A DNA stretch of 64,000 bases from Pristiophorus japonicus (lineage: Eukaryota), in NCBI RefSeq assembly GCF_044704955.1, contig NC_091997.1:33108001-33172000 (forward strand). Reading direction: 5' to 3'. The position numbers were made by a program, and so were the translations under genes. The first letter of the stretch is position 1. Each line of letters begins with the position of its first letter. The notes below the pieces were generated by a model. That model worked only from the letters and a program-made list of their open reading frames with translations, did no database searches and was not told where the DNA came from. This document shows, one piece after another, positions 12,301 through 24,786 of the stretch.

Positions 12301-15300
12301 AAAGCTAGGTGTAAGAAAAGGAATGTTAAAAACACCAAATAGGTTGGAATTTTCCCTATTATAGAAGATTTGGGTTCCAACTCTGTTAGGATGGAAAGGC
12401 CTTGCAAATATTTCATAATTAATTATAAAACACAAACAACCATTCAAGCCATTCCCAATCTATTTAAGGTTATCAGGCCTCCCTTCCTCTCTGCAAATCG
12501 ACGCAGACACAAGCGTTTATACCGTGAATCGATAGTTAACTATAACATTAATAATTTGGTTGCAGCGAAAGTGGTGTCGCTTCTTGCCCCTTCTAACACA
12601 GATGTATTTGCTCCTGATACTATCACAAGCGAATTATCTGTTCCAGAGGATCGATAACTATCCCTATCAAGTTAACTGCACAGTCTAAAGGTGATACATT
12701 CTCTTTGTTTAGGGATTTAAAAAAAAAGTGGGATGCATCTGGCGCTTGTTTCTGGGCACTGGAAGAATTGAGGAGTGGGTTAATGTTGTAATGTAAGGGA
12801 AAAGCGAACAAAAGGCAGGCACACAAACGCGCGACGGAGTCATAAAGGTGTCAGATGATTATATCGCCGTATTAAACATCTAGTTGGAGACACACAGATA
12901 AAAGCATTCAGATCCCACACGTTATCATTAACTCTTCCCCGCGGTTTCAACCGTCAGTAACTGGGATCACTGCTAGCCACAAACCGGCACCCTGTTCCAG
13001 AACGCGCGACCTAAGCGAGACCAGCATACATATCATGGTCCTAATTAAATGCAACACGGGCAGAAGGTGAGATCTTAAATTACAGAGCACTGTTATTTTC
13101 GATACATCTCCTTCACTTAATAAATTGAAAAATGAAAGAAAAAACTATAAACCACAATATAATTGGTATCAAGCTACATAATAATTCTGCTACTCTGGAA
13201 AAGGCTCGGGTATTTTTATGGCATACAGGCCGTTAACCCTCACTATTATACAAAACAGATAGGTTGATGTCTGAAATTTGCAGTGCAGTTGATCGAGACA
13301 GTTCACAACACGAAATCTTACTCGTTTAGTTCGAAAAAGTAGCACAAATAGCCAGAACTATTGCGTATACTATGTGTTCTCCGTCATGTGCAGTCCAAGA
13401 CTCGAAACTTAATTGATTTGAATTGAATTTAGTTTAATTTAATTTTGGCTTACATTTAAGCTTCCGAAATATTACACAATCTGATGACAAAGATAATCTG
13501 AAAGCCTTGTTAATGCTCCATCTCTTGAGGGATTGTCCTGATGACCTGCTCCTTTATATTAAATATACTCCGCTTTTTATTAAACAAGACACGCTGGGTG
13601 CCCGAGTCCAACGTCTCACGGAACGCACGGCACACACACACAAACTGACACTGCTTTCGAAAAACTTTTGCTACCAGTAACTTGTGAATTTTTGCCGCGA
13701 TAAAAATCGGACTTAAAAGCAGAATTTGAAACAAATATGAACAGGATCTGGGGAGCTATTTTACACATGTAACGTGTCAGACCCGCCACCAGAGCCCGCT
13801 TCACACCAAGTTCATAGTCATTATGCGTCTCCTTTCTGTCACAACGCTTACCAGCCTTTCCATTGCAGTTAATCTGGCAGAAGAGAGTCGGAGGAGTCTG
13901 TTTGATATCTCCCCAAAATGTTCTACTTATGCACTATCAGCAGTTTCTAAGTGCTGTAGTCATTTATCTCTTCAAAACTCACCCTTTCAGTTTGTGTTTG
14001 TTTCCTGGCGAATAATGATATAAATTCATTCAAACAGTGCCGGCAAGAAATAAAAACATTCTTGGAGAGTTGAAAGCCAACTTTCATGAAATTCCAGTGT
14101 CTCAATAAAATCTTTCGATTGGTAAATTAGAATGTATTAAGTGAAGTAACTCTAAGTTTAAAATAAAATCGAGCCACGTGGGGGAAAAACGCAAAACTGT
14201 ACAGCAATACTGTCTGAGGATTGTGATGTTGAATCTGTTCATGGGGGCTTGTTAGTACAGCATTATAGCTAAGGGGTCAAAAAGTGGAGGGTCAAAAGTT
14301 TACGTCGTGCGTGACTTGGTGTTGTCTGCTCAGATAGACCCAGTTCGATGTCAATGGTAAAAGGGATGATCTTGGCTATCGGCACAGATGAGAAAATGAT
14401 ACCGAGGTAAGATGTGGAAGTGGAGGTTGAGCTCAGCAGTAGACTGCAATCTGCAGAGTGTGTAAAGTAAGAGGAGGGAGGGAGGGGAGAGACAGACAAA
14501 CAGAGAGAGGTTGGAGTAGGGGCAGCTAACTATCCTGACCGCGATCTGTGCAAAAACAGGGAGGATTAATTGTTCCCTTTTATAGGACACACTGCACAAT
14601 AAATAGAAATCACCAGACCCACGGCGGAAGGGTTTATGGTATAGGTTATAAGAGACTTTGAAAACACAAATGGACGAGGCAAATAATCCCCGACAGATGT
14701 AATCAGCTTTCCTTTTACAAACATTTGCGAGTCAAGTTGAATGGAAATAGAAGCACTTTATGTAAAATTGGTGTCGTGACGGAAAGGGATGAATAGTAAA
14801 TGTGTGTTGTTATATCAGAACAAGAGGACACACGATCAGTTGGGTCAAGTATAAATTATACAACTGAATGTGAAAATGACACATAAAATAGGGACAGATG
14901 CACATTCGCGATGTTTTCTAACATATATCGTCTTGGTATGTATAGGTTATCAATGGGGAAAGATAGAGCCAGGGAGTCAAATTAAGGTAGCGACAGAGTT
15001 TTCCAATTGATTGAGTAAATGCTGGGTTTTAAAGTATCGCAAAAGGCAAAGTAAGTCACTAAAGGGCGGAAGGCGAGAGCCGAGAATTATATTGAATATT
15101 CTCTAACAGAGAAACGGCTGAGTTCTTTCACTTATCCCTGTATTTGCTCTAAGGGGATTCCCCCCCCCCCCCCCTCCCCTCCTAGTTACCCGCTTAGAGA
15201 CTCCCAGGATAAAGTTAATCTCTTTGCGCCCATCCATGAAGATTCACGGAATTTTGATCAAATTTTATAAAAGTTAAAATGAATAAGCTTGATCTCGCTT

Positions 15301-15450
15301 CTCCCCATAGGTCTCAAATCAAATGTAAAATTAACTCGATGTCTCCTTTACTTATCATGTTTCTGCTTCCTATATCACGCCAATGTACCATTTTTTTTTA
15401 AATTGCATAAAAATTCCTCAAGCCTTGGGCCCAAGTCCGATCATTTAAAC

Positions 15451-15481
15451 AAAGTAAGCTATTTAAAGTAAGCTATTTAAA
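15451..15481. repeat. 14-bp perfect tandem duplication
   Basis: AAAGTAAGCTATTT x2. Confidence 0.9.
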
Positions 15482-15932
15482 TCTGCGAGGCAATGTGTTT
15501 GTCGTCGTTCTGCGCAGCGAACACGTTTTAAATCTGTTTACACTATAGTTATTCTGCAATAAATCTGTTCAATTAAATATACAGCCTCTTAAATTTTGAA
15601 CGTTTGAATGAACAATTTGTGTAGCAAACTTCTAAAAGTATTTCCAAACACACATTTATGCACAATGAGGGGGAAACTCGGCGCTGCCTATTCTTGAACT
15701 CACTTTTCTTATTAATTTGTATGGCGTCCACATTGAAACAAATGCATTTTCTGAAAATATAAGCATGAAATCACTATGCATGCTGCATACATTTTTTTTA
15801 TTTTTACAAAGGCCACAGTTATGCATTTCAATTACATGGATAACATTAAAACTAATCGATTTTAAGGGAATTTTGAAATGATTAGCTTATGTGCATGTCT
15901 TACATAACTTATGTTTGCATTATAGAAATAAA

Positions 15933-16034
15933 GAACTTGCCTTTCTATAGCACCTTTCACGGCCTCAGGACGTCCCAGAGCGCTTTTACAACCAATTAAA
16001 TACTTTTGAAGTGTAGTAACTGTTTTAATGTAGG
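15933..16034 (-). mobile_element. 3' tail fragment of a shark DeuSINE (SacSINE1/AmnSINE-like)
   Basis: Reverse complement reads CCTACATTAAAACAGTTACTACACTTCAAAAGTA..TTGGTTGTAAAAGCGCTCTGGGACGTCCTGAGGCCGTGAAAGGTGCTATAGAAAGGCAAGTTC, matching the recalled 3' end of this SINE family. Confidence 0.75.
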
Positions 16035-17293
16035 GATTATATATTTACTCCCCATCCCCCTCTAATATAAAAGGAACACAATTATTCTTTCTGTATATGA
16101 AATGCTTTGTGTCGGTTAAAATCCGGTGGCAAACCGCATTACCTATATTCTGGATTGATGAAAAATTCATATTCACCTGAAATCATATTTACATTCTTTT
16201 ACTTTCTTTCACGAAATTGAGTGTTCATAAGTTTTCTGTGTTTTATATAAACGTCTCTTCTGATACTTGCTTATTTTAAAGCCTTAAATTCACTATTTTA
16301 AGCCAGTGCAGTTTCTGTAACATAGAGTAAACAGCAGCATGTTTTTGTCATTTAATGCCATCGATGAATGTGTTATTATGCGCAATGACCAACAAAACAT
16401 ATGATTTAAACAATAAATTACACCGAAAACATTGAGCTAACAACAATGGGTTCAATAGATGTAGATACACACGCCATTTCGCCAACCTTCACTGAAACAT
16501 TCACTCAAAACAACATTCACCATACCCTTCACATGAAATTGAAATTTCTACTTTATATATATTAAATAATATGGTGGAATTGGAAAATATTTGAGCCCTC
16601 TTTTTATTTATTTTAACACCTTACCGACACGGTTTCACTAATTTGTTAATAGATATAAAGTACATCAGGAGAAAATGGAGGGGGAAATGAAATACAATTT
16701 GAGCATCTTTGAATATAAGTTCATCGAGAAATTTGCTGACATTTGCCTGGAGGGGGTTGTGTCGAGTGAGGGGCCATACTCGTTAGTTTTAATTAGAAAA
16801 TTCTCTGACGTGTTAAAACAATCGTTTTCAAGAAATTAAATTAATTCTCTGTTACACGCACATACACACACATATAAAATGTGAAATGTGCTGGGACTTT
16901 TTTTATACGCCTTATCTCTTGATGTTATTCTTTGACTAATTCAATGTAGTAATATATGAAATATGCAACTGGCAAAACTGAGAACATTTTATATTAATGC
17001 AACCTAAGCATGCACGAGAAAACAGATCTATTAATTACTTTTGTTATTCAAATTGGAATCTGCGTACGTAACTGCCTATAGAATGCTAGAATTGTGACTT
17101 CTATAATAAATATTGGATGCTAATGGAATCACAGAACATGCTATGCTTGAGAGAATTTCCAGGGCCTTAATGCTGTTTTGGGTAAACTCCTGCCTTGCTA
17201 TTTTTCTCAAACGTAATGACCTGAGCAAAATTCAATATGACTGAGAGACCTATCCATACTATAGAACTTGGAGAGGGGGAGAGTCCAAGAGCG

Positions 17294-17310
17294 GGGTGAA
17301 ACTCAGGTCA
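17294..17310 (+). promoter_or_regulatory. DR5 retinoic acid response element upstream of HoxB4 (B4U-type)
   Basis: GGGTGA aactc AGGTCA followed by GCGTCTAACAAATATTAAAATG; position matches the Hox4 5' RARE. Confidence 0.85.
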
Positions 17311-18569
17311 AAGCGTCTAACAAATATTAAAATGTACTCGGACGCACGGCACGCCTGCCTTGGCGTTTAACAAAGACTGTCAGTGTATGAGATTAATACG
17401 AAAACTGAAGGGAGAAAACAAAATGTTCACCAGGCCGCTGCTCGGCCACTTCTTAAAAAGCTGCTAGGCATTTGGAATGGGGGAAAAAAATAAGAGGGCT
17501 GCTGGAAAGCGTTGCTCTAACTAGATGTTATCAGTGCAAGAACAAACAAAGGAGAACGAATATGTTTATGTTGAAGTTGGTATTTTGGAGCTCTCTTTAC
17601 GATTTTTTTTTGCAAAGCCCAAACCGACGCGTCCTGTAATGTATAATTTGAGAAAGTAGAGGAAGAAACACAAAGGGTTTTTTTTTGTTGTGTGTGTGAG
17701 GGTATGTATGTGATTTAGCGCAATCGGAAATTTGTTAGGACGTAGGCTTAACTTGGTGACATTTTAGCCTTGAACTAACCCCAACATATATATCTAGGAC
17801 CGAGTGGGTGGGGGCGATGTGGAGAGAGATGTGTGTATGAGTGTGTTTAAGACAGAATATCACAATTGAACCTTGCAAAATAAATGATCAGAATATGTGG
17901 TTTAAACACGGGTAATTCTAAATTAATTGCAATCATTTAATTGTCACCGTGTTTCTAAAGATATGAAGGATGTTGATATTTATGCCAATGCAGCTAGTTT
18001 TTTTAATGCTTAGTATGTTGACATTATTTGCATGTTTACTTGTTTAGGGCACTATCATAGGCAGTAAGTGAGTTCTTCACTACAGTAAGGTTGAGGCCTG
18101 CGTTTCATTTCCCCTGTGGCAGGCAACAAACAGGAGGGGTAAAAGGCCTCCCCCATCTCGCTGCTGTTTGCATCCTCTGTTAGGATAGCAATCTATAGCG
18201 AGATTCCTTTGAAATGCAGAGCAGATAGGGGACAGTAAATATATTCATCTTCCAAACTTCCGAAATGTCGACATTTTTATTACAGCGAGTCAAACAAAGC
18301 AGCGGGTTTATCTTTTATGAAAAGACACATTTGAAAAGACTCTGTGTTTCCTTTTTAACTGCAGTGATAGCGAAAACCTGTTCAAAAGACGCAACTGTAG
18401 GGGCAAAGGATATTAGATAAGAGTAACATTATATAAAATTATTCTTGTTTTTTTGGAAGATTTGAAAGATGGTGATTAACATTATCGTGAAGGCAGAAGT
18501 TTTTTTTCGAAAAGTCATAAATTCTTTTCACATGCGGAGAGTGCGCGGAGTGAAGTCTCTGCATCATGT

Positions 18570-18750
18570 TCATGTTTTATTGCCATCACCGGAAATCTTT
18601 GATACAGTTTACATGTTGTAAACAACATTGCCCCTATTCATAAAAGTGCTTTGTGCTTAAACCGTTTGGTACTTCTGTTGCTCCGTCGTAAACGGATTTA
18701 GATTGGCGAAGTTTTTCATATATAATTTTATGGGCAATTTATGGCAGCCA
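18570..18750. promoter_or_regulatory. Cdx/Hox site cluster upstream of mir-10a
   Basis: TTTTATTG, TCATAAAA, GTCGTAAA and TTTATGG x2 within 180 nt. Confidence 0.5.
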
Positions 18751-19420
18751 TTCTTATTTGAGGAAAAAAAATCACAATGTGTTGCACTGAAGGAAAGTAC
18801 TGAGGTCATTTTAGTTGGCCGTTCAGTTCCCACTACTTGGGCGACCTGCTACACAAATATAAATCAGCCAAGTACACCACAGTTACGTTCTTTCTTTTAC
18901 AAGAATTTATCACAGGGGAGGATGCATGGTTTTCCCAATGTCTACTGTAAGATTTATATAACCTCTACGTGGAAACTCGTCCACTGCTCTTGAATAAATT
19001 AAATCTAAAGAAAATGTCTTTGTCTCTGTTGCAGCTGTACGCAAACTTTTGAAGAAGTATCACATGTGACCTGGCCCCCTATCTAACTGTTTTATATAAA
19101 CGCATGGGTGTTTACTTGAGGGGTGATTCGAAGTTGGCTCTGAAAAGTGAATGGTTTGGATTCTTGCAGAATAATTTGTTCAGAATGAACTGGCTTTGCA
19201 TTCTACACATCCGCAAAACTGTACGACTCACATTTCGATGTATAAAAAGATACACCAATTGCATTGCAAATCACAGAAAGAAATCGGAGAAGCGGATCCT
19301 CACTCAAGTTGTGTAGATACAAATATATTGCACATATTGCTTGTAGATTTGGTTCAATAGAGTGTGCCCATTTACATGGATGCTTTTGAACGTCTCTGAG
19401 CAACAAAAATGCTGAAAATA

Positions 19421-19520
19421 TATCTGTCTGTCCTCTATATATACCCTGTAGATCCGAATTTGTGTTGACAAAGTTGTGGTCACAAATTCGTATCTAGGGG
19501 AGTATGTAGTGGACACATAC
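19421..19520 (+). ncRNA. MIR10A: mir-10a precursor (5p 19442-19464, 3p about 19483-19504)
   Basis: TACCCTGTAGATCCGAATTTGTG is the exact miR-10a-5p; star arm CAAATTCGTATCTAGGGGAGTA pairs with it; canonical position upstream of Hox4. Confidence 0.98.
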
Positions 19521-20749
19521 GCTACAACATTCACCCGGAAGACGGAAGAATATGCTCACGTCTAGAATCTTCTTTCTACAAAATCGATAATATATCTAAA
19601 TAAATAAAATCGAAGCGTAGTGTTGATCTACCTGGTTCTGCGGGTGAGATTGCTGCCTGTAACTGGCGTGCTATCCTTTCCCCATTTTTTGCCTTGTTGC
19701 ATGAACTCTCAGCACTCTCTGCTGCTGTATTTGTTACGTCATTTAAATATGGAATGTAACTCTTACCTTTTTCGATAATCCCGCGCATTCCGCCGTTTAG
19801 CAATGGTCAGATTTAAAAGACTTGTTATGACTTAGAAATTAATCATTTGGAAACTCCCACTCATGTGGTTTGCTGTGCATGGCATTAGTCTACAGTACAT
19901 TAAAAGTATATGAACATCTTCAATTATTTAATTCCAGTTATGTGTGTCTTTTTTTCCCCTCGGGTTTTATTTGTATCATTTTAAATAAAACTTAACAGTT
20001 TTGTGTGTGATTTTTTCTTAATTAATCTCTGAAATTTACAAACAGGAAGATTTCAACAGTAAAGGGACGTTGCAGCTCTATTGCAATATGTTGAGCATTT
20101 GTAATTGCAGCCAACGAACGCGATTCAATGTAACAAGAAACAAGCGTGTGCTAACGTTCTTCCCGCAGTTTGCGATGTTTTTAATCGAACGTGCGCAACT
20201 TCGTGTGGTTGACACCTGTGAAATGTTTCTATCTTATAATTGTGCCTATTTTTGGGCTGGTTCCAGCGGAATCGTTTCAGCAAGGGATATTCTGGGTGAA
20301 AATCGCCCGTCTAATGCACTGCTAAATGTAATTTGTTGACTTAGGTGCCCTGAATTAGTTGATGAATTTTCTATTGATCCGAAGCAGCCCGATTTATCTT
20401 TGCCAGCCCAAACGCCTTCCCCCTCCCCAAGCTCTGCAAAGGCGTTAGTGTGGCGATTACAGAAAGATTTACAAGCCACGGATAGATTCTAACAGATCAG
20501 ATTTTTTTATGCTTTTAAATAAACTGACTCAATTAAAATTTTTGGGAGTGATGTCGACTCGCAACAAACCATTGATGCGCATAATCTAGAAACGTTTGGT
20601 CGATTTCAAGTATGCTTAACGGACTTGAAGCAAGAAGATCCTATTTGTAAACTTACTAAGTTTCAGGAATCAAAAAAAACACACACATTAAAAGCTGTAA
20701 TCAAAAACTGCTTAGAGGAGAAGGTTGGGAGCATTCAGCGTCCAATTCT

Positions 20750-20870
20750 ATTTCCTTATCCGGGAATCGAACGGGATCTGCTATTGGCTGGCTGTGTCAC
20801 ATGAACGCCTAACTTTGTTCACTTGACAGTAAAGTAGGAGGGTTTTAGGGAACAGGAAAAAACGGCTGGC
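20750..20870 (+). promoter_or_regulatory. HoxB4 proximal promoter / conserved leader
   Basis: ATTGG 20783-20787, GTCACATG, and the Hox4 leader block AACTTTGTTCACTTGACAGTAAAGTAGGAGGG. Confidence 0.7.
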
Positions 20871-20915
20871 TTAGAAAAAATTTTGAGTTATTTTGCATTT
20901 CAGATATTAAAGGTC

Positions 20916-21321
20916 ATGAGTTCGTTTTTGATTAACTCTAACTATGTGGACCCTAAATTTCCACCGTGTGAAGAATATTCACAGAACAATTACCTACCAA
21001 GCCATTCTCCGGAATACTATACCCGGGCACGGGAGCCCGGGTTTCAGCATGAGGCGATGTACCCGCGGTCAGCGTACAACGAGCAGCCCTACTCCTCCTG
21101 CAGCAACCTCCAGGGCTCGGGCGAGCAGGTCGTGGCGCCTAGGGGTCCCGTGCAATCGCCGACCGGCCTGCAGAGCCACTTAGCCAAGCATGGCCACCAG
21201 TGTGTCTCGGTGACTCCCAGCCCACCGCCCTCTTGCAGCCAGAACTTCAGCAACCAAAACACTCCTTGTTCCAAAGAGCCCGTGGTTTATCCGTGGATGA
21301 AGAAATTACATATAAACTCCG
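20916..21321 (+). CDS. HOXB4: HoxB4 coding exon 1
   Basis: MSSFLINSNYVDPKFPPCEEYSQ; VVYPWMKKLH; donor G|GTGAGT at 21322, phase 1. Confidence 0.95.
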
Positions 21322-21395
21322 GTGAGTCGTTTGCCTGGGCTTTTTACCACCTGAAAGCCCGGGATCTATTGCACCCATTGTAAATAGCCATTCTT

Positions 21396-21453
21396 TAGAT
21401 TTACGATCGCCTATCTGGAGGTCAGTAATCACATCCTCCATAAATTTTTATTG
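21396..21453 (+). promoter_or_regulatory. HB-1-like homeodomain-binding element in the Hox4 intron
   Basis: GATTTACGA...TAATCACATCCTCCATAAATTTTTATTG, the conserved cluster of homeodomain sites in Hox4 introns. Confidence 0.75.
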
Positions 21454-21657
21454 CAGTACCATTACACTTCTGGCCATGTGCCTTTGATGTGTTGTGTCCT
21501 AGCCGCTCAGATCTCTTTGAACATCCAGTTAATGATAGAAGTGAAGTTTTACATTTTTTTTCTTACTCGAATGCTTACTTTAAATGCACTAGTTCTATTC
21601 CTTGTGAGATTCGTGGTGCTCAAGTCAGTTATTTCTGTGTTGTTGCTTTTTGTTCAG

Positions 21658-21977
21658 TGAACCCTAATTACAAAGGAGGGGAACCCAAACGCTCCCGCAC
21701 TGCTTACACGAGGCAGCAAGTTCTGGAGCTGGAGAAGGAGTTCCATTTTAATCGGTACCTAACCCGGAGACGCAGGGTGGAAATAGCCCATACTCTTTGC
21801 CTGTCAGAACGACAGATTAAAATATGGTTCCAGAACAGGCGAATGAAATGGAAAAAGGACCACAAGTTGCCAAATACCAAAATCAGATCTACTACAGGCT
21901 CCTCGTCCTCTGCAAGTCATCAATCGCAAGGAAGCTCTCAGAATCAGGAGCCAAATGGACCATCGGCCACATTATAG
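21658..21977 (+). CDS. HOXB4: HoxB4 coding exon 2 (homeodomain)
   Basis: Acceptor TTTGTTCAG|TG; [29 protein letters not shown]...[13 protein letters not shown]; spliced CDS 726 nt. Confidence 0.96.
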
Positions 21978-22154
21978 CTGCTCTTGTGGGAGAGAAATTG
22001 GTAGACGCACGCAGCAGCCTAGGATTTTAACTGCAAGACTGTTTATTTATAATGGCAAAGTCTAAACTGTAAATACTCTGATTTTGCTCACTCCTCTCCC
22101 CCCCTCCCCCATAAGTAATATTGTAGATTGCAGTTTTCAGAAGAGATTGGCAAA

Positions 22155-22215
22155 GATGAATCCTCGTTTCATCTTTAATCACGCCAAAGTCTCCCCATTT
22201 GTCATGTTTACTTGG
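22155..22215 (+). other. Conserved HoxB4 3' UTR block
   Basis: GATGAATCCTCGTTTCATCTTTAATCACGCCA resembles the recalled HOXB4 3' UTR; AATAAA at about 22272 and 22516. Confidence 0.5.
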
Positions 22216-24301
22216 TGGTACAAAGGATGAACTCTATGCCTACGATTACCTCGACAGCAAACGAACACTTTAATAAATGAGGCTCCGTTTCGTCAACCTG
22301 GAATGCCAAACTGTCTTTTATTCACACACAAACAAATCCACAACAAGCATGTTGAAGCAGTTCGGCAAGATAGCCCTTGTGGTTTTAAGCTTGGAGTCGT
22401 TTTCCAATGGGGTTTACGAAAAGAAACATTTTGGGGTATTTTCTTTGGAATATAACACTGACATGTACTCCATTTCCTCAGATGTTCTGATCCCAAATAT
22501 ATTTCTTTCGGTGCCAATAAAAATGTATGTAGTTGGACTTATAAAAAGAAACGTGTAAAAATCATATGTAGGAATAAATTATGTCAACAAAGTTATTTAA
22601 AGTGGTTATTAAAATGTTGCATGTGACTTGTACAGCCACGATACAATACTTGCCTCTGGCCTCACTGTTACCAGAATGTACTTTTCCAGAAAAAAACTGG
22701 AAGCTTAGGTAGATAAACTGTTTTAATTTCCTCATCACTCTTTATGACATTCCAAACTATGAAGTTTAGAAGCTTCTTCGTTCGGGCCCACAGGAGTTTG
22801 TATTTTCGTTAGCAGTCTATGTCCTTGCATTGTTCTGTATGTATTGATTCTCATCCAGACCAAAATACGTGTAAATAGTAATGAGCGAAATAAATTTTTT
22901 CAAGGTCTACCTTTTTCCTTTGTTTATTTGTACCTATTCTACTGGACAAATGTTCAAAGCAATAGGATCTGGTAACATGACTGCAGATTTCTCTAAGCTC
23001 ATCTATCTGTGTGAGCTGGCCAGGGTGATAACAAAGGACATTGGCTTAGTGAAACAAAAATGCCAGAACAAATACAATGCTTTTTTCTGATATTGTCAGA
23101 GGCTTTTACACCTGCTTGTGGATATAGATGCATTGTGCAGTATCACAAAGGCCTAATAACTTTGAAAAACGCTTTTTTGTGAAGATGTGGTAATCCAGTA
23201 TGGTTATATATTGTCCTTTGAATGTTTGGCTCCTATTTTTCTCTTTTGCAACCTTTAATCATGTAAAGTTAAGTCCATTTCTGTTATTTTTACAGTGCCT
23301 CTTAGCATTTTTCCTTTGTGCATGTGTGTTTGTGTATTAGAAAGGGATTGGACAGTGTAATGGTTCAAGCTTTGACAAGCAAATAGATAATCAAGAAGAC
23401 AAATGACCTCTTTTGTCAGATGAAGCTTCGTATTAATTTTAATTTTCTTTCATATAACACATTGCATATGCAATCTGGGATCTGAAAATGCAGCATATAC
23501 CAAAAGAAAAGCGAACTGGAGTGTATATCAACACACAACACAATATTCTACATTAGGGTGAAACATTGGCTGAATCAAGACTTTAGTTCACTGGTGCACG
23601 TGTTTTGCTTCAGACCTGCAATTTAACATGTACTGCTGAAAAACTGCATGTTGAAATCATAACTAAACGATGTGGTACTTCCACTCTACCCCACCCCCAT
23701 CCCCCAAACATATTCCTTTCAAACGTAACCTGCAAAACATCATTGATGAGAACACGGTACAATGTGCCCTTTTCTAATGAATGTTGATAGGATGCACTTT
23801 GCAGCATGAAAACCCAATATATATGTATAAGAGATTTTACATATTCAATTGTCACAGAAGAAACACACGAATAAAGTTTGAATTTTTTTAAACGTTTTGC
23901 CTTTGGAGACAAGAGAAAGATTTACAATCTGTTGTTTATGTGAGAAAATCCTCTCACCACTGTATACATGTTATGTCCCCGCCACCCCCCCCACCCCCAC
24001 CCTTCCCCATTCCGGAGGTCCCACGAAACAGACCATCTGAAATGCAACCTTTCCAAATGTAATATTTTCGTTAAGTTCTGTAATTCTGAAGTATTTTGAG
24101 GAGTAATTACTTTAGTTAATAAAATAAGAATTATTCATTGAATCGCCAGCAATAGCTGTTCAGTTTTCTCCATTCATAGACACAGATAACAGGCCAGCCA
24201 GTCCTACACCCATCGCCAGACTGTTGCCAAAGGCTCTGAATACAAGCTATAGAGCTAAAGTTCACAGGCATTATTTGTACGCACAGAGGTTCTGAAAATG
24301 C

Positions 24302-24330
24302 GAGAATTAACTTGAAATCATTAATCACTG
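24302..24330. promoter_or_regulatory. CR3 late neural enhancer core shared by HoxB4/HoxB3
   Basis: GAGAATTAACTTGAAATCATTAATCACTG has two ATTA cores and TGATTAATGA (Pbx/Hox) on the minus strand; resembles recalled mouse CR3 and lies just 5' of the 3' RARE. Confidence 0.7.
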
Positions 24331-24769
24331 CTTTCTTTAAATACTTCTCCCATTGTTGCTCAACAGCAAATCTGGATGGCTCGTCCCGGGGTAAAGTGGT
24401 GTGCTTCCTGAAGGGTTCTTTAAAAATATGGGCAGAGCGTGGAATTTCTCAGTCACAGCGAAAGATTCCCTCCCAAACATGATTAAAAATCGTGAAAATG
24501 TTCAGATCTGGAAAACGGAAAATGGGGAAACGAAAGGTAACAAACAAAGTCAATTAATTTCGTCACTTTGAATCGCTTTGTTGTTCTTTTGACAATTAAA
24601 TGTGAACACACACTCGCTGTCTGTTGTTTGGAATACACAGTCAATTCAGCGACTGGAGAATCTGCTTACAGTTTGTGTTTTGTCTTTATCTTTCTGTGGT
24701 GTTTTTAAACATATATGAATGTTACAGAATAAAATCAGCGTGATGGTTGGTCAGCGGGACGGCCGAAAG

Positions 24770-24786
24770 GGTTCACGTAAAGGACA
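24770..24786 (+). promoter_or_regulatory. DR5 RARE 3' of HoxB4 (early neural enhancer type)
   Basis: GGTTCA cgtaa AGGACA, 2.8 kb after the HoxB4 stop. Confidence 0.8.

Noticed and set aside
13623-17352. ACGCACGGCAC shared near two DR5 elements (13623 and 17342)
   Set aside because: An 11-mer match is expected by chance in 64 kb
17904-17954. Hairpin AAACACGG...CCGTGTTT as a possible second miRNA
   Set aside because: Short, interrupted AT-rich stem; not miRNA-like
20883-20915. ORF-track N-terminal extensions from TTG starts (also 41426, 58312) and read-through into introns
   Set aside because: Non-ATG starts; conserved Met starts and splice sites define the real CDS
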